Under the pieces are notes generated by a model, which ran no database searches, was not told the DNA's origin, and worked only from the letters and a program-made list of their open reading frames with translations. DNA of 60,584 bases, counting the filler. It is 4 parts of 4 records of this genome, joined end to end, with 100 filler letters (N's around TTAATTAATTAA, not from the genome) between each part and the next. Parts side by side here need not be neighbours in the genome. Positions count along the whole stretch, not along the records: positions 48,649 to 60,584 come from SRR20825019_865; 3 more parts are not named here. One strand, 5' to 3'. A program made the position numbers and the translations under genes. Below are positions 51,131-60,584 of the stretch, piece after piece. Position 1 is the first letter of the stretch; each line of letters begins with the position of its first letter.

Positions 51131-53644
51131 TTATGGTGCGGAGGCACGCTGTTGGTGTCTGTACCGAGGAAACGCTAACTGCTGCGGCTGACCACCGCCC
51201 TTTCCAGAGTTACCAGCTGCAACATTATTGACATATCGATCCTGACTATAGCTGATAGAGTACTCAGCCAACATCAATGTAAACTCATAAATGAGGTCCA
51301 TATTGAGGTGGTCCTCATCGTCCGATAATTCATGCCAAACTGGGGGGAACGGTGCCGATATGAGGTGAAGGATGGGTACGCCCCTCACTAGGAAGTGCTT
51401 ATGATCATCGTCCATACCACTGGGAACTCCCTTGGGCTCATAGGGAAAATACGGTCCCCTTCCAACAGGAGGTCTGAACACCGACGGCAAACTAGTTTTA
51501 GGAGAAGCGCTGTTTTTTAGAACGTTCTTTAATGCAGTGATGGCGGATAGTGCAGCCTCCTCAGGGTTCATAGTCGGTGTTGGTTTCTTGCTGTGAAGGT
51601 GTTGTTGTTTAGCAACACGAAGGAGTGTGTGGGTAAGCTGTACAACAGGGGACTCCGACGACACTGCTCCCCACGCCATAGCTTCTGGCATATTAGTGTC
51701 GACTGTCAGCTTTAGTGGGGAGGATGAGTCCGTGGCGCCTTGGAGGGTACCATATGCAGAAGGACACCAACGTCTCCAATACGGATCAAGATACCCTTCC
51801 CCCGACACCCCGCCCGCTAACCTCTGCTCCACTCGATGAAGACGCCCATACTGTTTCCCTGTGTGATCGTGGAAGAAGTTATGCATGGTGGTTTGAACAT
51901 GCCCTACTAGATCTAAAAGTAGGAATGTTGTGACTCCGGACATGAGATTATATGGGGGTGGTGATGTGTGTGTTGTGCCATCGAGAGCCTTCTCTGATTG
52001 TTTGTAGTAGTCAGCCTCATCCTTCTCCCACTTCTCAGCTTGAAGTCGCGCACCATAGGTATTATCATTGCCCTTCCATTCTACAAACGCTTCCTCTCCA
52101 TCGAACAGTAATACGGTAATCTTGGGAAATCCAGGAAGTGACAGCTTATCTGGAGTTGAAGATGCCGTAATATCAGCATCGTCATCACCACGGTGTAGTG
52201 CCGCAAAAGCTGCCTCAGCAGCTGTGGAGATGAATTTCATGACCTCGAGCAAAATGACCATAGGGGCAGCACTGTCGATGGCACCAACAAACTCCTTCTT
52301 TTTGGACTTTCTACGAGCTAAACATTTTCCAAACATCTCCTCAGAAACGCCACCACTGGCCTTGAGGGATTTAAGTTGAGTGTGGACGGTGTTCATGTCT
52401 GTAATGGCGGTAGTGACAACATCTTGGTACACTTGGAAGTACTCCTCGTCAGAAGCAGTACCAACACTTCCATTATTGTTTGCATCGGCAGCAATATGCC
52501 CCAATTTAGTGGCGAGTAGCTCACTAAGCTTAGCGCGCCGAGAAATGGATGCACTCTCCAAAAGGAGAGTTCCAAGTTCTGGTGTAATCTCTGTGGCTTC
52601 TATACAGGCAGCTACTTCATCGTCATCAAGAAACTCACTGAGGTACTCACCCTGTTTCATTAACTTGGAGTCCCAATGGGCAGCAAGTACAAGATGGCCA
52701 GGATAGTCACCACCACCACTGATACCGCCTCCTTTAGACCCAAAGCGTGACTCGAGAGTCTCTGGTGTTGCCTTCTTGCCCATCTTAGCACGAACAGACG
52801 GTGCAGGGACAAAATTACGAGCAGCAATTGATGCGCCGTTAAACTCAGCAACGTAGTTAATAAACCGTTTGCGGCCTAGTGGTGTTTCGACCACAGCAAA
52901 CGTCTCTTCATACGCCGACCACCACTTCCTTTCGCCACAAGCATCAGTGGATTTTTGTGAAGTACTGCACCGCATCCTCTCTTCGATGAAAGCTTGAGTT
53001 TTGCCGTAACCAGGTGATTCTGGTGTTCCCCCCACCCTTGGCCCAAACTCCAGTAATTCGTGAATGTCGCGCTGAAGTGACATTTTACCTGCTTGCCGTA
53101 AATTGAGGGCTTCTGTTGGTGTCTTGATACCCGTCTTCGGGAAAGCATCACCTCCCCCAAATGGGGCACTGCAACTACCGCCACCACCACCACTAGTTTG
53201 TGTTGAAGAAGAGCTACTACTTTTTGTGGAGACAAGGCTTCCAAATACTGAAGAGAAGATGAAGGCATTTTGGGGAGCAGCAGAGCCTTTATTACTCGAT
53301 GATAATCTGGACCTCATACTATTGGTCGAGGGGTCTGTCTCGCCCTCGTCTTCATGAGTTGGTGGTATAGTAGTCTTATGTTGTTGAAGTCTAGTACTGT
53401 TGCTCATGCTCCACCACCCAACCACTACAATAACTAGAAGCGCCGCACCTACGATACATCTTAACACCAGTGGGGATGATGATAGGGTCTTCTGATGTTC
53501 ATTTCGAGGTAGGGGTGGTGCCCGCTTCGACGACTTAGGATGATGAGGTAACGTTATTGGGGTGCCCCTCTTTGACTGGGGGTGGTTAGCCGATGATGAT
53601 GATGTTGGTGGTAGCATTGGGCGAGACTGAACAGTGGAGTCCAT
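51131..53644 (-). CDS. Glutaminyl-peptide cyclotransferase (peptidase M28 fold), type II membrane anchor
   Basis: AHWDSK, GAIDSA, FDGEEAF..W..DNTYGAR, LLDLVG, DDH..F..RGVPILHLI..PFP.VWH; N-terminal TM. Confidence 0.88.
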   Translation of the reverse strand: MDSTVQSRPMLPPTSSSSANHPQSKRGTPITLPHHPKSSKRAPPLPRNEHQKTLSSSPLVLRCIVGAALLVIVVVGWWSMSNSTRLQQHKTTIPPTHEDEGETDPSTNSMRSRLSSSNKGSAAPQNAFIFSSVFGSLVSTKSSSSSSTQTSGGGGGSCSAPFGGGDAFPKTGIKTPTEALNLRQAGKMSLQRDIHELLEFGPRVGGTPESPGYGKTQAFIEERMRCSTSQKSTDACGERKWWSAYEETFAVVETPLGRKRFINYVAEFNGASIAARNFVPAPSVRAKMGKKATPETLESRFGSKGGGISGGGDYPGHLVLAAHWDSKLMKQGEYLSEFLDDDEVAACIEATEITPELGTLLLESASISRRAKLSELLATKLGHIAADANNNGSVGTASDEEYFQVYQDVVTTAITDMNTVHTQLKSLKASGGVSEEMFGKCLARRKSKKKEFVGAIDSAAPMVILLEVMKFISTAAEAAFAALHRGDDDADITASSTPDKLSLPGFPKITVLLFDGEEAFVEWKGNDNTYGARLQAEKWEKDEADYYKQSEKALDGTTHTSPPPYNLMSGVTTFLLLDLVGHVQTTMHNFFHDHTGKQYGRLHRVEQRLAGGVSGEGYLDPYWRRWCPSAYGTLQGATDSSSPLKLTVDTNMPEAMAWGAVSSESPVVQLTHTLLRVAKQQHLHSKKPTPTMNPEEAALSAITALKNVLKNSASPKTSLPSVFRPPVGRGPYFPYEPKGVPSGMDDDHKHFLVRGVPILHLISAPFPPVWHELSDDEDHLNMDLIYEFTLMLAEYSISYSQDRYVNNVAAGNSGKGGGQPQQLAFPRYRHQQRASAP

Positions 53645-54184
53645 GGTTGCAGTATTAGGTAAGAAGTCTGGTAGCAGTAAGTATTGGTGTGTGGTTATTT
53701 TTTTGCGATAGGTGGACGTGAAGCCTTTTAAATAGAAAGGTATGATGTGCTTTTAAAACGTTAAAAAGGAAGGGAGAGGGATAATAAAACAATACATACA
53801 TATTACCTTCATTCAATAAGCTTTATAACAATTTCAATGCAATGGGGGACAGGTTCATTTTTAAGTAATAATAAAGATGGTAATGTAGAAATGCTTGACG
53901 AGAAGCAATATACTGTTAGTACAATGTGCCTCTTTTGGACCTGCTCCTTCCTCGTCTTCCTTTTTCTTCTTTGAAATACTATCATTGTAGCATTTATCTG
54001 CTGAAATGTCTCAGTAAGTGGTGTCAGAAGAGGATCGAAGTAGCAGGTCAAAAGGCACGATTTTGTGTGTTGTGATTATTTACTATGTTTTAGCAATAAT
54101 AGTGTATTTTGTATTTTTTGATATTTTTACTCGTCTCGATGAAATGCGCCCAAATTGTTTTCCCACCACCATGTTTGTTTTCAC

Positions 54185-56185
54185 TTATTGAGGTAGCAGG
54201 CCACGATTACGAGAAGGCACATGTGATCCCCGCTGGGCAGGGGGGAAGGTGGGTGCACTAGCGGGCTGCATTGGGGGAGTAGATCCCACAGCAACTGGAG
54301 CTCCACCAACCACGGGCAGAGGGGCGGTGTGCTGGGGGGAAGTAGGAGAGGTGGCGCTAGCTTGGTGGGAACGAGGCTTGGGAATGAAGGGCTTCACGGC
54401 GGCGATGTCAGCAGCATCAGGGGCAGGTGAGGGACTGTTGGTGTTGTTGTTGGTGCTCTGGTATGGGACGGCAGCAGCAGACATTTGAGTCTCGTTGGAG
54501 GGGTTCTCAACAGAGTAAGGGGCAGCACCTACTGACATGGAAGACGCACCACTGGTCTGACGGGGGACCACAGATGAAGGTGCACCAGTAAGGTTTCCTC
54601 CAGCAGGACGGAAGGATGGGGCAGCGGCAGCACGCTCATTGGCACGGGCACGGACGTGGGAGGGAAGGTGGACCCCGGGGGCGGTTCCACCGCTGGAGCT
54701 GCCGTAGGAGGGGTATTGCTGCTGAGCAGAAGATGATCCAGTCTCACGAGGCTCCCTTGGCTCACCGCGCTGTTGGCCACCAGGGTAGCCAGTAGTAGGC
54801 GAGCTGGCAGAGCTGCCGGAGGAGTAGGGGTATGAAGTAGTGGGGCTGCTGTTGTTGTAACGACTCTCACGGGGCTCACGATCACCTCGATCGCCACGGT
54901 CACCACGCTCGTATCCACTGTTGCTGTTGCTGTAGTGGTTGTTACCTTGGTAGTTTCCGCTGTGACCACTGTAGTGTCCACCACCACCACCGCCAACACG
55001 AACCTGGGGGTTGCGCTGATGGTGATGCTGTGGAGGAGGAGCCTCGTGGACGGCTACGATGGGCTTACGTGTGGGGATGATGACGCAGTCACCGTTGGGA
55101 CCCTTCCAGATAGCGGGGAGGCGTAGACCAGCGACGTAGGGGTCCATCTTCAAGAGCTTTGCCCCCCGGGATGCCATAGTACGGTTATCTTGGGATTGGA
55201 ACTCCTCGGGGAGGGCAGTAGGGGGAATGAAGGACACCTTACGAATGCAGGACTCCAACTGCTCACGGGAGCGGGGGCAGTTGTACAACGCAGCGGAGGC
55301 GTTTCCAGGGCCAACCCTACCTCCTGCAAGTGTGACGCTGTACTCGGCGATGCGACCAGACTTGTACAGGAGGACCTTCAAGGCGTGGCAGTTGACACGC
55401 TCGGGGAGCTCCACAACGGGAACACTGCAAGACAAATCATCAAGGTTAGAAAAGCCAGCAAGGACAGGCTCGCGGCGATTCTCATCCTTCCAACGCTGAA
55501 CCATTTCGTTCATGGTCTCGTAAACCTCCAGGGTCTCCACAATTGACAATGCGGGGGTGAAGGCAGAGAGATCTGGGTTCATTCCCAGGTAGGAGGAGTA
55601 GCTCTCCTGTAGAAGCTGCTTGTTAGAGGCGAGGCTTGCAATGGCGGGTTGTTGAACGGGATCCTCCTGCTCAGTAAGGGGGGCGAGATGGTTGGGAGAG
55701 TAGGGGGTACTCATGGTGATCTTAGGGGCGACGGCGACGCAGGTATCCACGATGGTGCGACCAGGGGCGGAGGCCAAAAGGTGGGAGTCGTGGAACTCGA
55801 AGGCCTTGGGGATATGCACATCCTTCAGGTTCTTCTTAGAGGGCTCATCCACAAGAATGGGAGCTGTGACGGCAACGTAAGGAGCATAAGGCACAAGGCG
55901 GAAGACAGTTACTCCAAGTTCAGCATCATTATCATCATCGTCGGAGAACTCAGGGGCACCGGCGGCACTATCGGCAGGAGCAGCGGCCTGAAGGGCCCAT
56001 GTAGTGACGCCGTTGAGAGGTACAAGGGTAGGGGGCATGGAGGAGGCGTCGAACAGTTTGGTACCCTCAGGGAAGTAGGCATAGACTGGGAAGCGGCCAT
56101 CGCGCATCAAGGGGAGCGTCTCCCCGTTGACAACGACGGTCTCATCACGATGAGAGCCCTGTTGTGTAGTTGTTGTTACAGGCAT
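54185..56185 (-). CDS. Hypothetical protein with long disordered G/S/P/Y/R-rich C-terminus
   Basis: 666-aa intronless ORF; pyrimidine tract and AG upstream. Confidence 0.78.
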   Translation of the reverse strand: MPVTTTTQQGSHRDETVVVNGETLPLMRDGRFPVYAYFPEGTKLFDASSMPPTLVPLNGVTTWALQAAAPADSAAGAPEFSDDDDNDAELGVTVFRLVPYAPYVAVTAPILVDEPSKKNLKDVHIPKAFEFHDSHLLASAPGRTIVDTCVAVAPKITMSTPYSPNHLAPLTEQEDPVQQPAIASLASNKQLLQESYSSYLGMNPDLSAFTPALSIVETLEVYETMNEMVQRWKDENRREPVLAGFSNLDDLSCSVPVVELPERVNCHALKVLLYKSGRIAEYSVTLAGGRVGPGNASAALYNCPRSREQLESCIRKVSFIPPTALPEEFQSQDNRTMASRGAKLLKMDPYVAGLRLPAIWKGPNGDCVIIPTRKPIVAVHEAPPPQHHHQRNPQVRVGGGGGGHYSGHSGNYQGNNHYSNSNSGYERGDRGDRGDREPRESRYNNSSPTTSYPYSSGSSASSPTTGYPGGQQRGEPREPRETGSSSAQQQYPSYGSSSGGTAPGVHLPSHVRARANERAAAAPSFRPAGGNLTGAPSSVVPRQTSGASSMSVGAAPYSVENPSNETQMSAAAVPYQSTNNNTNSPSPAPDAADIAAVKPFIPKPRSHQASATSPTSPQHTAPLPVVGGAPVAVGSTPPMQPASAPTFPPAQRGSHVPSRNRGLLPQ

Positions 56186-56686
56186 GTGTGTATGGTGGTG
56201 GCTGGGTTTGTGTGTCCGCAGACTCTACAAAATAGTAAAAAAAGAGAGGTGAAAATATGTAAATTTGAAACAGGACATTTCCGAGCAAATTAAATGAGAA
56301 CAGCATTGTTTGGTTTTTGAAGTGTGGGGTTGGTAATTTGTGTGTGACTGGGCTGATAATACTCGTATCGACAACAGTACCTCGCAACCATTTTTGGTTG
56401 CAGGAAGATGTTCGAACCGAGCGCTATACCAAATTTGTGTTTCGACATTTTTTGTGAATTGTGTTTTCTAGAGGTGGAGGAGGCAATACACAACAACTGC
56501 TACAATACCCAAGTATCCATTGTTGATGCAAGATAGCATGCATTCATCTACTACAGCCATTCATCCGTTGTCGGTACCTACCACCTCGTCGCTCCACTTA
56601 CCACCCACAAAATTCACAAATAATATCACGAAACCGCAGCAACTAATTGGGGGAGGATGTGTGAGGGATCCTTTGGCGTGCTTTGA

Positions 56687-57184
56687 CTACGCAGTGAACT
56701 TGTAGTCATTCACGGGGAGAACACGGGCGCGCTGACCGGGATCGTCGATACCCTCTAACTGATCCTGTCCAACGTTGTTGGTAGGCTTCACCTCCATCTT
56801 AGCGTGGAACGACTCAGCATATCCGAAGTTGGTAATCAGTGTCTGGGTTGCGGTGGGTCCTCCGGCATCGTCTGCCTGGGTGCTTTCCATAACAACATGT
56901 GAGTCCGCGTAGTTAGAGATGGCGCACATGATGTCTTCGACCTCGTCCTCAGTGGCACCAGCTAGGCGCACCATTCGCTGATCCATCTCTCCATATGAGA
57001 TAATCATCTTAGGCTCTCCGAAATTCAATTCCTGGATTTGGAAGTTGCAGGTGGGGTTTAGAAGTTGGAGCTCGGGGAGGTTGTTACGCCACCAGTTTCG
57101 GACACCAAAGCACTGAGGGTCCTTGGGGTTGATATAGGTGGTGATGAGACCACATCCAGGGGAGAAACGGGCGCGCCAAGACAT
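56687..57184 (-). CDS. Complex I accessory subunit NDUFA2/B8 (NI8M)-like, L51/S25/CI-B8 domain, kinetoplastid type
   Basis: MSWRARF...KDPQCFGVRNWWRNNLPELQLLNP...GEP matches the trypanosomatid NI8M-type sequence as I recall it. Confidence 0.75.
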   Translation of the reverse strand: MSWRARFSPGCGLITTYINPKDPQCFGVRNWWRNNLPELQLLNPTCNFQIQELNFGEPKMIISYGEMDQRMVRLAGATEDEVEDIMCAISNYADSHVVMESTQADDAGGPTATQTLITNFGYAESFHAKMEVKPTNNVGQDQLEGIDDPGQRARVLPVNDYKFTA

Positions 57185-57489
57185 GACGATGTAAACCTTT
57201 TTAAAAAAGACAATAATATGATGATGGGAAAGGAAAGATATAAGTATGCAATGAAGAAAACCATAGAGTTCGTAGGCAATTAAAAAGAACAGCGGGCTTC
57301 AATATTGTGTGACATCATCTACAGCAGAAAATCCAGTAAGTTGGAATAAAACTGCCTCATATTTTAATAATTTTGTTGTGGGTACATATGTGTGTTGTGC
57401 TTCCAGTCCAAGGAATACATAACTAATTTGAAATGGGTGTGAAAACTGTGACGCGATAAAAGTTTTTTTTGTGGGTGAGGTTTTTTGTT

Positions 57490-60171
57490 TTAGCGTGGGC
57501 TGTCCTGGCTAAAGTCCACGGATCCATCCCCACCACCCCGGGGAGTACCGCCCTCCTCGTCATTCTCCTCGACGACGACGGCATGAGCTGCTCGGTACCT
57601 CTCAGATACAATCGAGTTCAACTGCTCCACAAGATGCGCATCCACACGACTCGTCTCAATATCAAACTTCTTGAGGTAGGATCCGGTGGGGACGTACTGA
57701 CGGACCTCGTTCAAAACGAACGCCAATGGGCTACTTAAAACAGCAGATGTGAGCTGCTGGCAGATAATGGAGCCATTGCTAGCAGGGGCGCTCAATCCCG
57801 AGGGGCCAGATACTGAGGTCAATGCAGCTGTTACATGCATCGCCAACCCACTTCCTGAAATTTCGGTAGATTTGCTAGGTGAGGCCATAGCCATGGACTT
57901 ACGACTAGCCCCTGGAGATGCGATACTCTTTCCACGGCCGCTAGGACTAGCGCTGCTGGGGGAGCTTCCACCCGCAGCAGAGGTACCACCTGCAGTAGCC
58001 TGAACAGTAGCGAGGGAGAGGAGTCCATACAGCGTCTCAGCATTAGGCTCTCCGCTCTCCAAAATCGATGTGACCTTTTTAACACCCTCCGGGGTGACCC
58101 TGGAGTTATGAGTAAGATTGACGTTGACGAGAGTTGTGTTGCAGGGGACGCGGTAGCGGGAGGCCTGCATGATGGCCTGGAGGGCGGCAGATTGCTGGTT
58201 TGCAGAGCTAGAGGAGTGTAGGATATTGAGCTGTTGTGAGATGAGCTGGGCGGTAACAGGGTTCTCCTCTGGGTCCTCGTGAAGCCTAATAACATCCCGA
58301 TCGAATGCAAGAATTGGCCTCTCAATGGGTGTATCCAGCTGGTTAGATTTATCATTGCGCCGGGTAGGTTTCTCAGATGCGGCGCCCGCTCCTCGGGCAC
58401 CTGCCTTTCCTCCCTGGGAGCCAGACTTCATGCTTCCCCCAGTTTCATAGACAGCTACACCAAGATCCTTTAACTTAGAAATCGGGGCATCCTCGACCAT
58501 CTTACTGATGCCGGAGGCAGCTACGTCAGCGAAGGTTGGGAATAGCTGAGTGATGGGAGGAGGGGGGACAGCAACGGCAATGGGGTTGGAGCCAGAGGCA
58601 TGAGGAGGGGTGTTGCTCAGAATGGGGATGTTATGTTCATTCAGGGTAGTAGTGGCATTGGCGGAGGTGATATTATCTTGAATCATCTGATGTTGTTGGA
58701 GTAGGAGGGGGTGCTGGCTCTCTACCGACTTGAGCTGATTCATGCCTGAGGTAGGACAAATGGAAAGGGCACGAGAGCGACGAGCAAGCATCTCGGTATA
58801 CGATACAGTCTCCGTCAAAAACACATTCGCTATCGCAATAAGTCCATCGTCACCAATATCATTGTGACCCAGGTTTAGTGCCACCAACTTACGATTTGTC
58901 TTTAAAGCGTCCGCAATCTTGATGGCTCCAACATCAGTAATCTTGTTTCCCCAGAGGGAGAGGCTAAGCAGATCGGTGTTGGTGGAAAGGAGCTCACAGA
59001 GGGGTGCAATCTGATCGTCAGTGATGCCGTTGCCTCGTAGACTAAGGATCTGTACTCCCGTCATGAGAGCAGAGTGCCATCCACTGGGAATGGGCATCGC
59101 AAACTTCTCTGCCATGTCGCTAGCTTCGGCAAGCTGAGCTGCCTGTGCGGCGACCTTCTTTGCAGCACCACCAGATGATGCTACAGGCTTTGTTGACTTT
59201 GTAGCACCCTTCTTGGCACCAGTATCCTGTCGCTCGGTAGCACCTCCGCGTTCCTCAATATCAGCTAGCTGATTAATCTTCAGGTGGGCGCCCCTAAACT
59301 CCGACAACAACACCGACATCTCATTCTTATCGCGCTTAGTGTTGACAGTGCAGTCGGGGTAGAAGCCATCTGGGTTCATGTCAATGGCGAGGGTGTGGAC
59401 ACTGCTGCTCCGATATACAGCAGCAATCAGTAACTTGTAGGAGTACTCACTAAGTCCACATCCTGTAAGCCTCACAGATGAGAGAGTAGTGCAGTGGGGT
59501 AGCGCGTCCGTCAAGGGCTGCATATCACGCTTATTCAAACTAAAGCTGAGATTGCGCAAGAAGAGTAGAGTACGAGTAATAGGAGGGTGTGTGGGTAGTA
59601 CAAGAGCACCGTCGATAATTGCGGATGATGTGTTGGGGACGTTGATTTGACTATCGGCGGCAGCGGCCATGGCAGCGCTCTTGGGACGGCTTGGAGCTGC
59701 GGAGGAGACTCTGGAATCACCAGGGGACTGGTTGGTGGACGTTGCAGCAGATCCATCCTTCATTATACCACTCTCATTTGCGTTACTACCAGCCCGGCCG
59801 GTAGTTCTACCACTCGCCATCTGAGAGGGGCCCATGGAGCCGTCACCACCGGACAGTGCGCCACCACCACCGCCATTGGGGTTGTTTTGCATGTATGTAG
59901 TGTATGCGGCCAGGGAGGCAGCAGTTGGAATCGCATCCAACTCCTCGCGGTAAATTCCGTCGAGTACATCATCGCGTTCATTTTTATCTGATATTTCACA
60001 GTAGGCGCAATAGTCCTTCTCGAGGTGGCCGGTTGGTTCGAATAAAAGGTTGATGTTGAGGGCGCCTCCAGAGGGGGAGCCGTTTCTAGGGGTACCACCA
60101 CCACCACCACCAGCAGCTCCTGATTGAGACACGGATTTCCGGGAAGCACTTGTCCGGCGGTTTGATGACAT
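57490..60171 (-). CDS. RNI-like leucine-rich repeat protein (LRRC71-like)
   Basis: LSLRGNGITD, LSLWGNKITDVGA, LNLGHNDIGDDG; ATG 60171 follows a pyrimidine tract and AG. Confidence 0.8.
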   Translation of the reverse strand: MSSNRRTSASRKSVSQSGAAGGGGGGTPRNGSPSGGALNINLLFEPTGHLEKDYCAYCEISDKNERDDVLDGIYREELDAIPTAASLAAYTTYMQNNPNGGGGGALSGGDGSMGPSQMASGRTTGRAGSNANESGIMKDGSAATSTNQSPGDSRVSSAAPSRPKSAAMAAAADSQINVPNTSSAIIDGALVLPTHPPITRTLLFLRNLSFSLNKRDMQPLTDALPHCTTLSSVRLTGCGLSEYSYKLLIAAVYRSSSVHTLAIDMNPDGFYPDCTVNTKRDKNEMSVLLSEFRGAHLKINQLADIEERGGATERQDTGAKKGATKSTKPVASSGGAAKKVAAQAAQLAEASDMAEKFAMPIPSGWHSALMTGVQILSLRGNGITDDQIAPLCELLSTNTDLLSLSLWGNKITDVGAIKIADALKTNRKLVALNLGHNDIGDDGLIAIANVFLTETVSYTEMLARRSRALSICPTSGMNQLKSVESQHPLLLQQHQMIQDNITSANATTTLNEHNIPILSNTPPHASGSNPIAVAVPPPPITQLFPTFADVAASGISKMVEDAPISKLKDLGVAVYETGGSMKSGSQGGKAGARGAGAASEKPTRRNDKSNQLDTPIERPILAFDRDVIRLHEDPEENPVTAQLISQQLNILHSSSSANQQSAALQAIMQASRYRVPCNTTLVNVNLTHNSRVTPEGVKKVTSILESGEPNAETLYGLLSLATVQATAGGTSAAGGSSPSSASPSGRGKSIASPGASRKSMAMASPSKSTEISGSGLAMHVTAALTSVSGPSGLSAPASNGSIICQQLTSAVLSSPLAFVLNEVRQYVPTGSYLKKFDIETSRVDAHLVEQLNSIVSERYRAAHAVVVEENDEEGGTPRGGGDGSVDFSQDSPR

Positions 60172-60448
60172 AAAACTCTTGTTGGAAAATAAAAAGGAAA
60201 TGGGAAAAAATACACTTTCGGACAGCACAATATCAAAATGACTCGTACAATACACACAAACATACATACTATAAAATCCACTAGTAATATCATCAGTTGT
60301 TCTCTATTATTGCTCCAGTTACCAGAGACACCATTCCGGAGCTCTATTATTATTAGGCTACACACATAAAGCACCACCAAGGGGGTTATTTATGAGTTCC
60401 CTTCCCTCTAATCCTAGTTGTACGATTACCAAGAATATATACATTCTC

Positions 60449-60584
60449 TTAGCGATATCGATCCCTCTTCATCAGCCCAAAGCCCTTCTTTTCGACTGGT
60501 TTGTTATTTTGCTGATAACCACTGCTGTTGTTGTTAGTATTGTGTCCATATCTACTACTTCCACCACTGCCGTCGTAGCCATCC
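60449..60584 (-). CDS. 3' end of an upstream gene (partial)
   Basis: Open frame DGYDGSGGSSRYGHN...KRDRYR* from the window end, same strand as the rest of the block. Confidence 0.5.
   Translation of the reverse strand, partial: DGYDGSGGSSRYGHNTNNNSSGYQQNNKPVEKKGFGLMKRDRYR

Overview
The window is an artificial concatenation of four unrelated contigs, joined by 100-nt spacers (N44-TTAATTAATTAA-N44) at 20738-20837, 32964-33063 and 48549-48648. (1) 1-20737 is a GC-rich alphaproteobacterial (Rhodospirillales-like) chromosome piece with metabolic and housekeeping genes (mgsA, a four-gene acid-catabolism operon, an acetylene-hydratase-like Mo/W enzyme bracketed by CGTC-type REP repeats, rpmF, pccA, MoxR/VWA, 3' end of alaS). 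(2) 20838-32963 is a compact eukaryotic contig: an 8-intron DUF4485/CEP112-like gene missed by the ORF track, an intronless Nup160, a secreted C-type-lectin/coiled-coil protein and a MORN protein, with very GC-rich patches at gene 5' ends. (3) 33064-48548 is an AT-rich Flavobacteriaceae-like island and the most interesting part. All six predicted transcription units carry the same 18-bp pseudo-palindrome (ATCAC-N8-GKGAT) exactly 21 bp upstream of a Bacteroidota TAnnTTTG-like -7 element. The island encodes its own TPR histidine kinase and NarL/LuxR regulator, immunity-like proteins (SMI1/KNR4, DUF6892-like, DUF1266-like, TPR), and a coiled-coil/VWA/non-canonical adenylosuccinate-synthetase operon whose enzyme lacks the aspartate-binding loop. 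This is a candidate self-contained, inducible defence or stress regulon with a nucleotide-ligase arm. (4) 48649-60584 is a kinetoplastid-like polycistronic block of intronless, co-oriented genes. All family assignments come from motif recognition by eye; no database searches were run.
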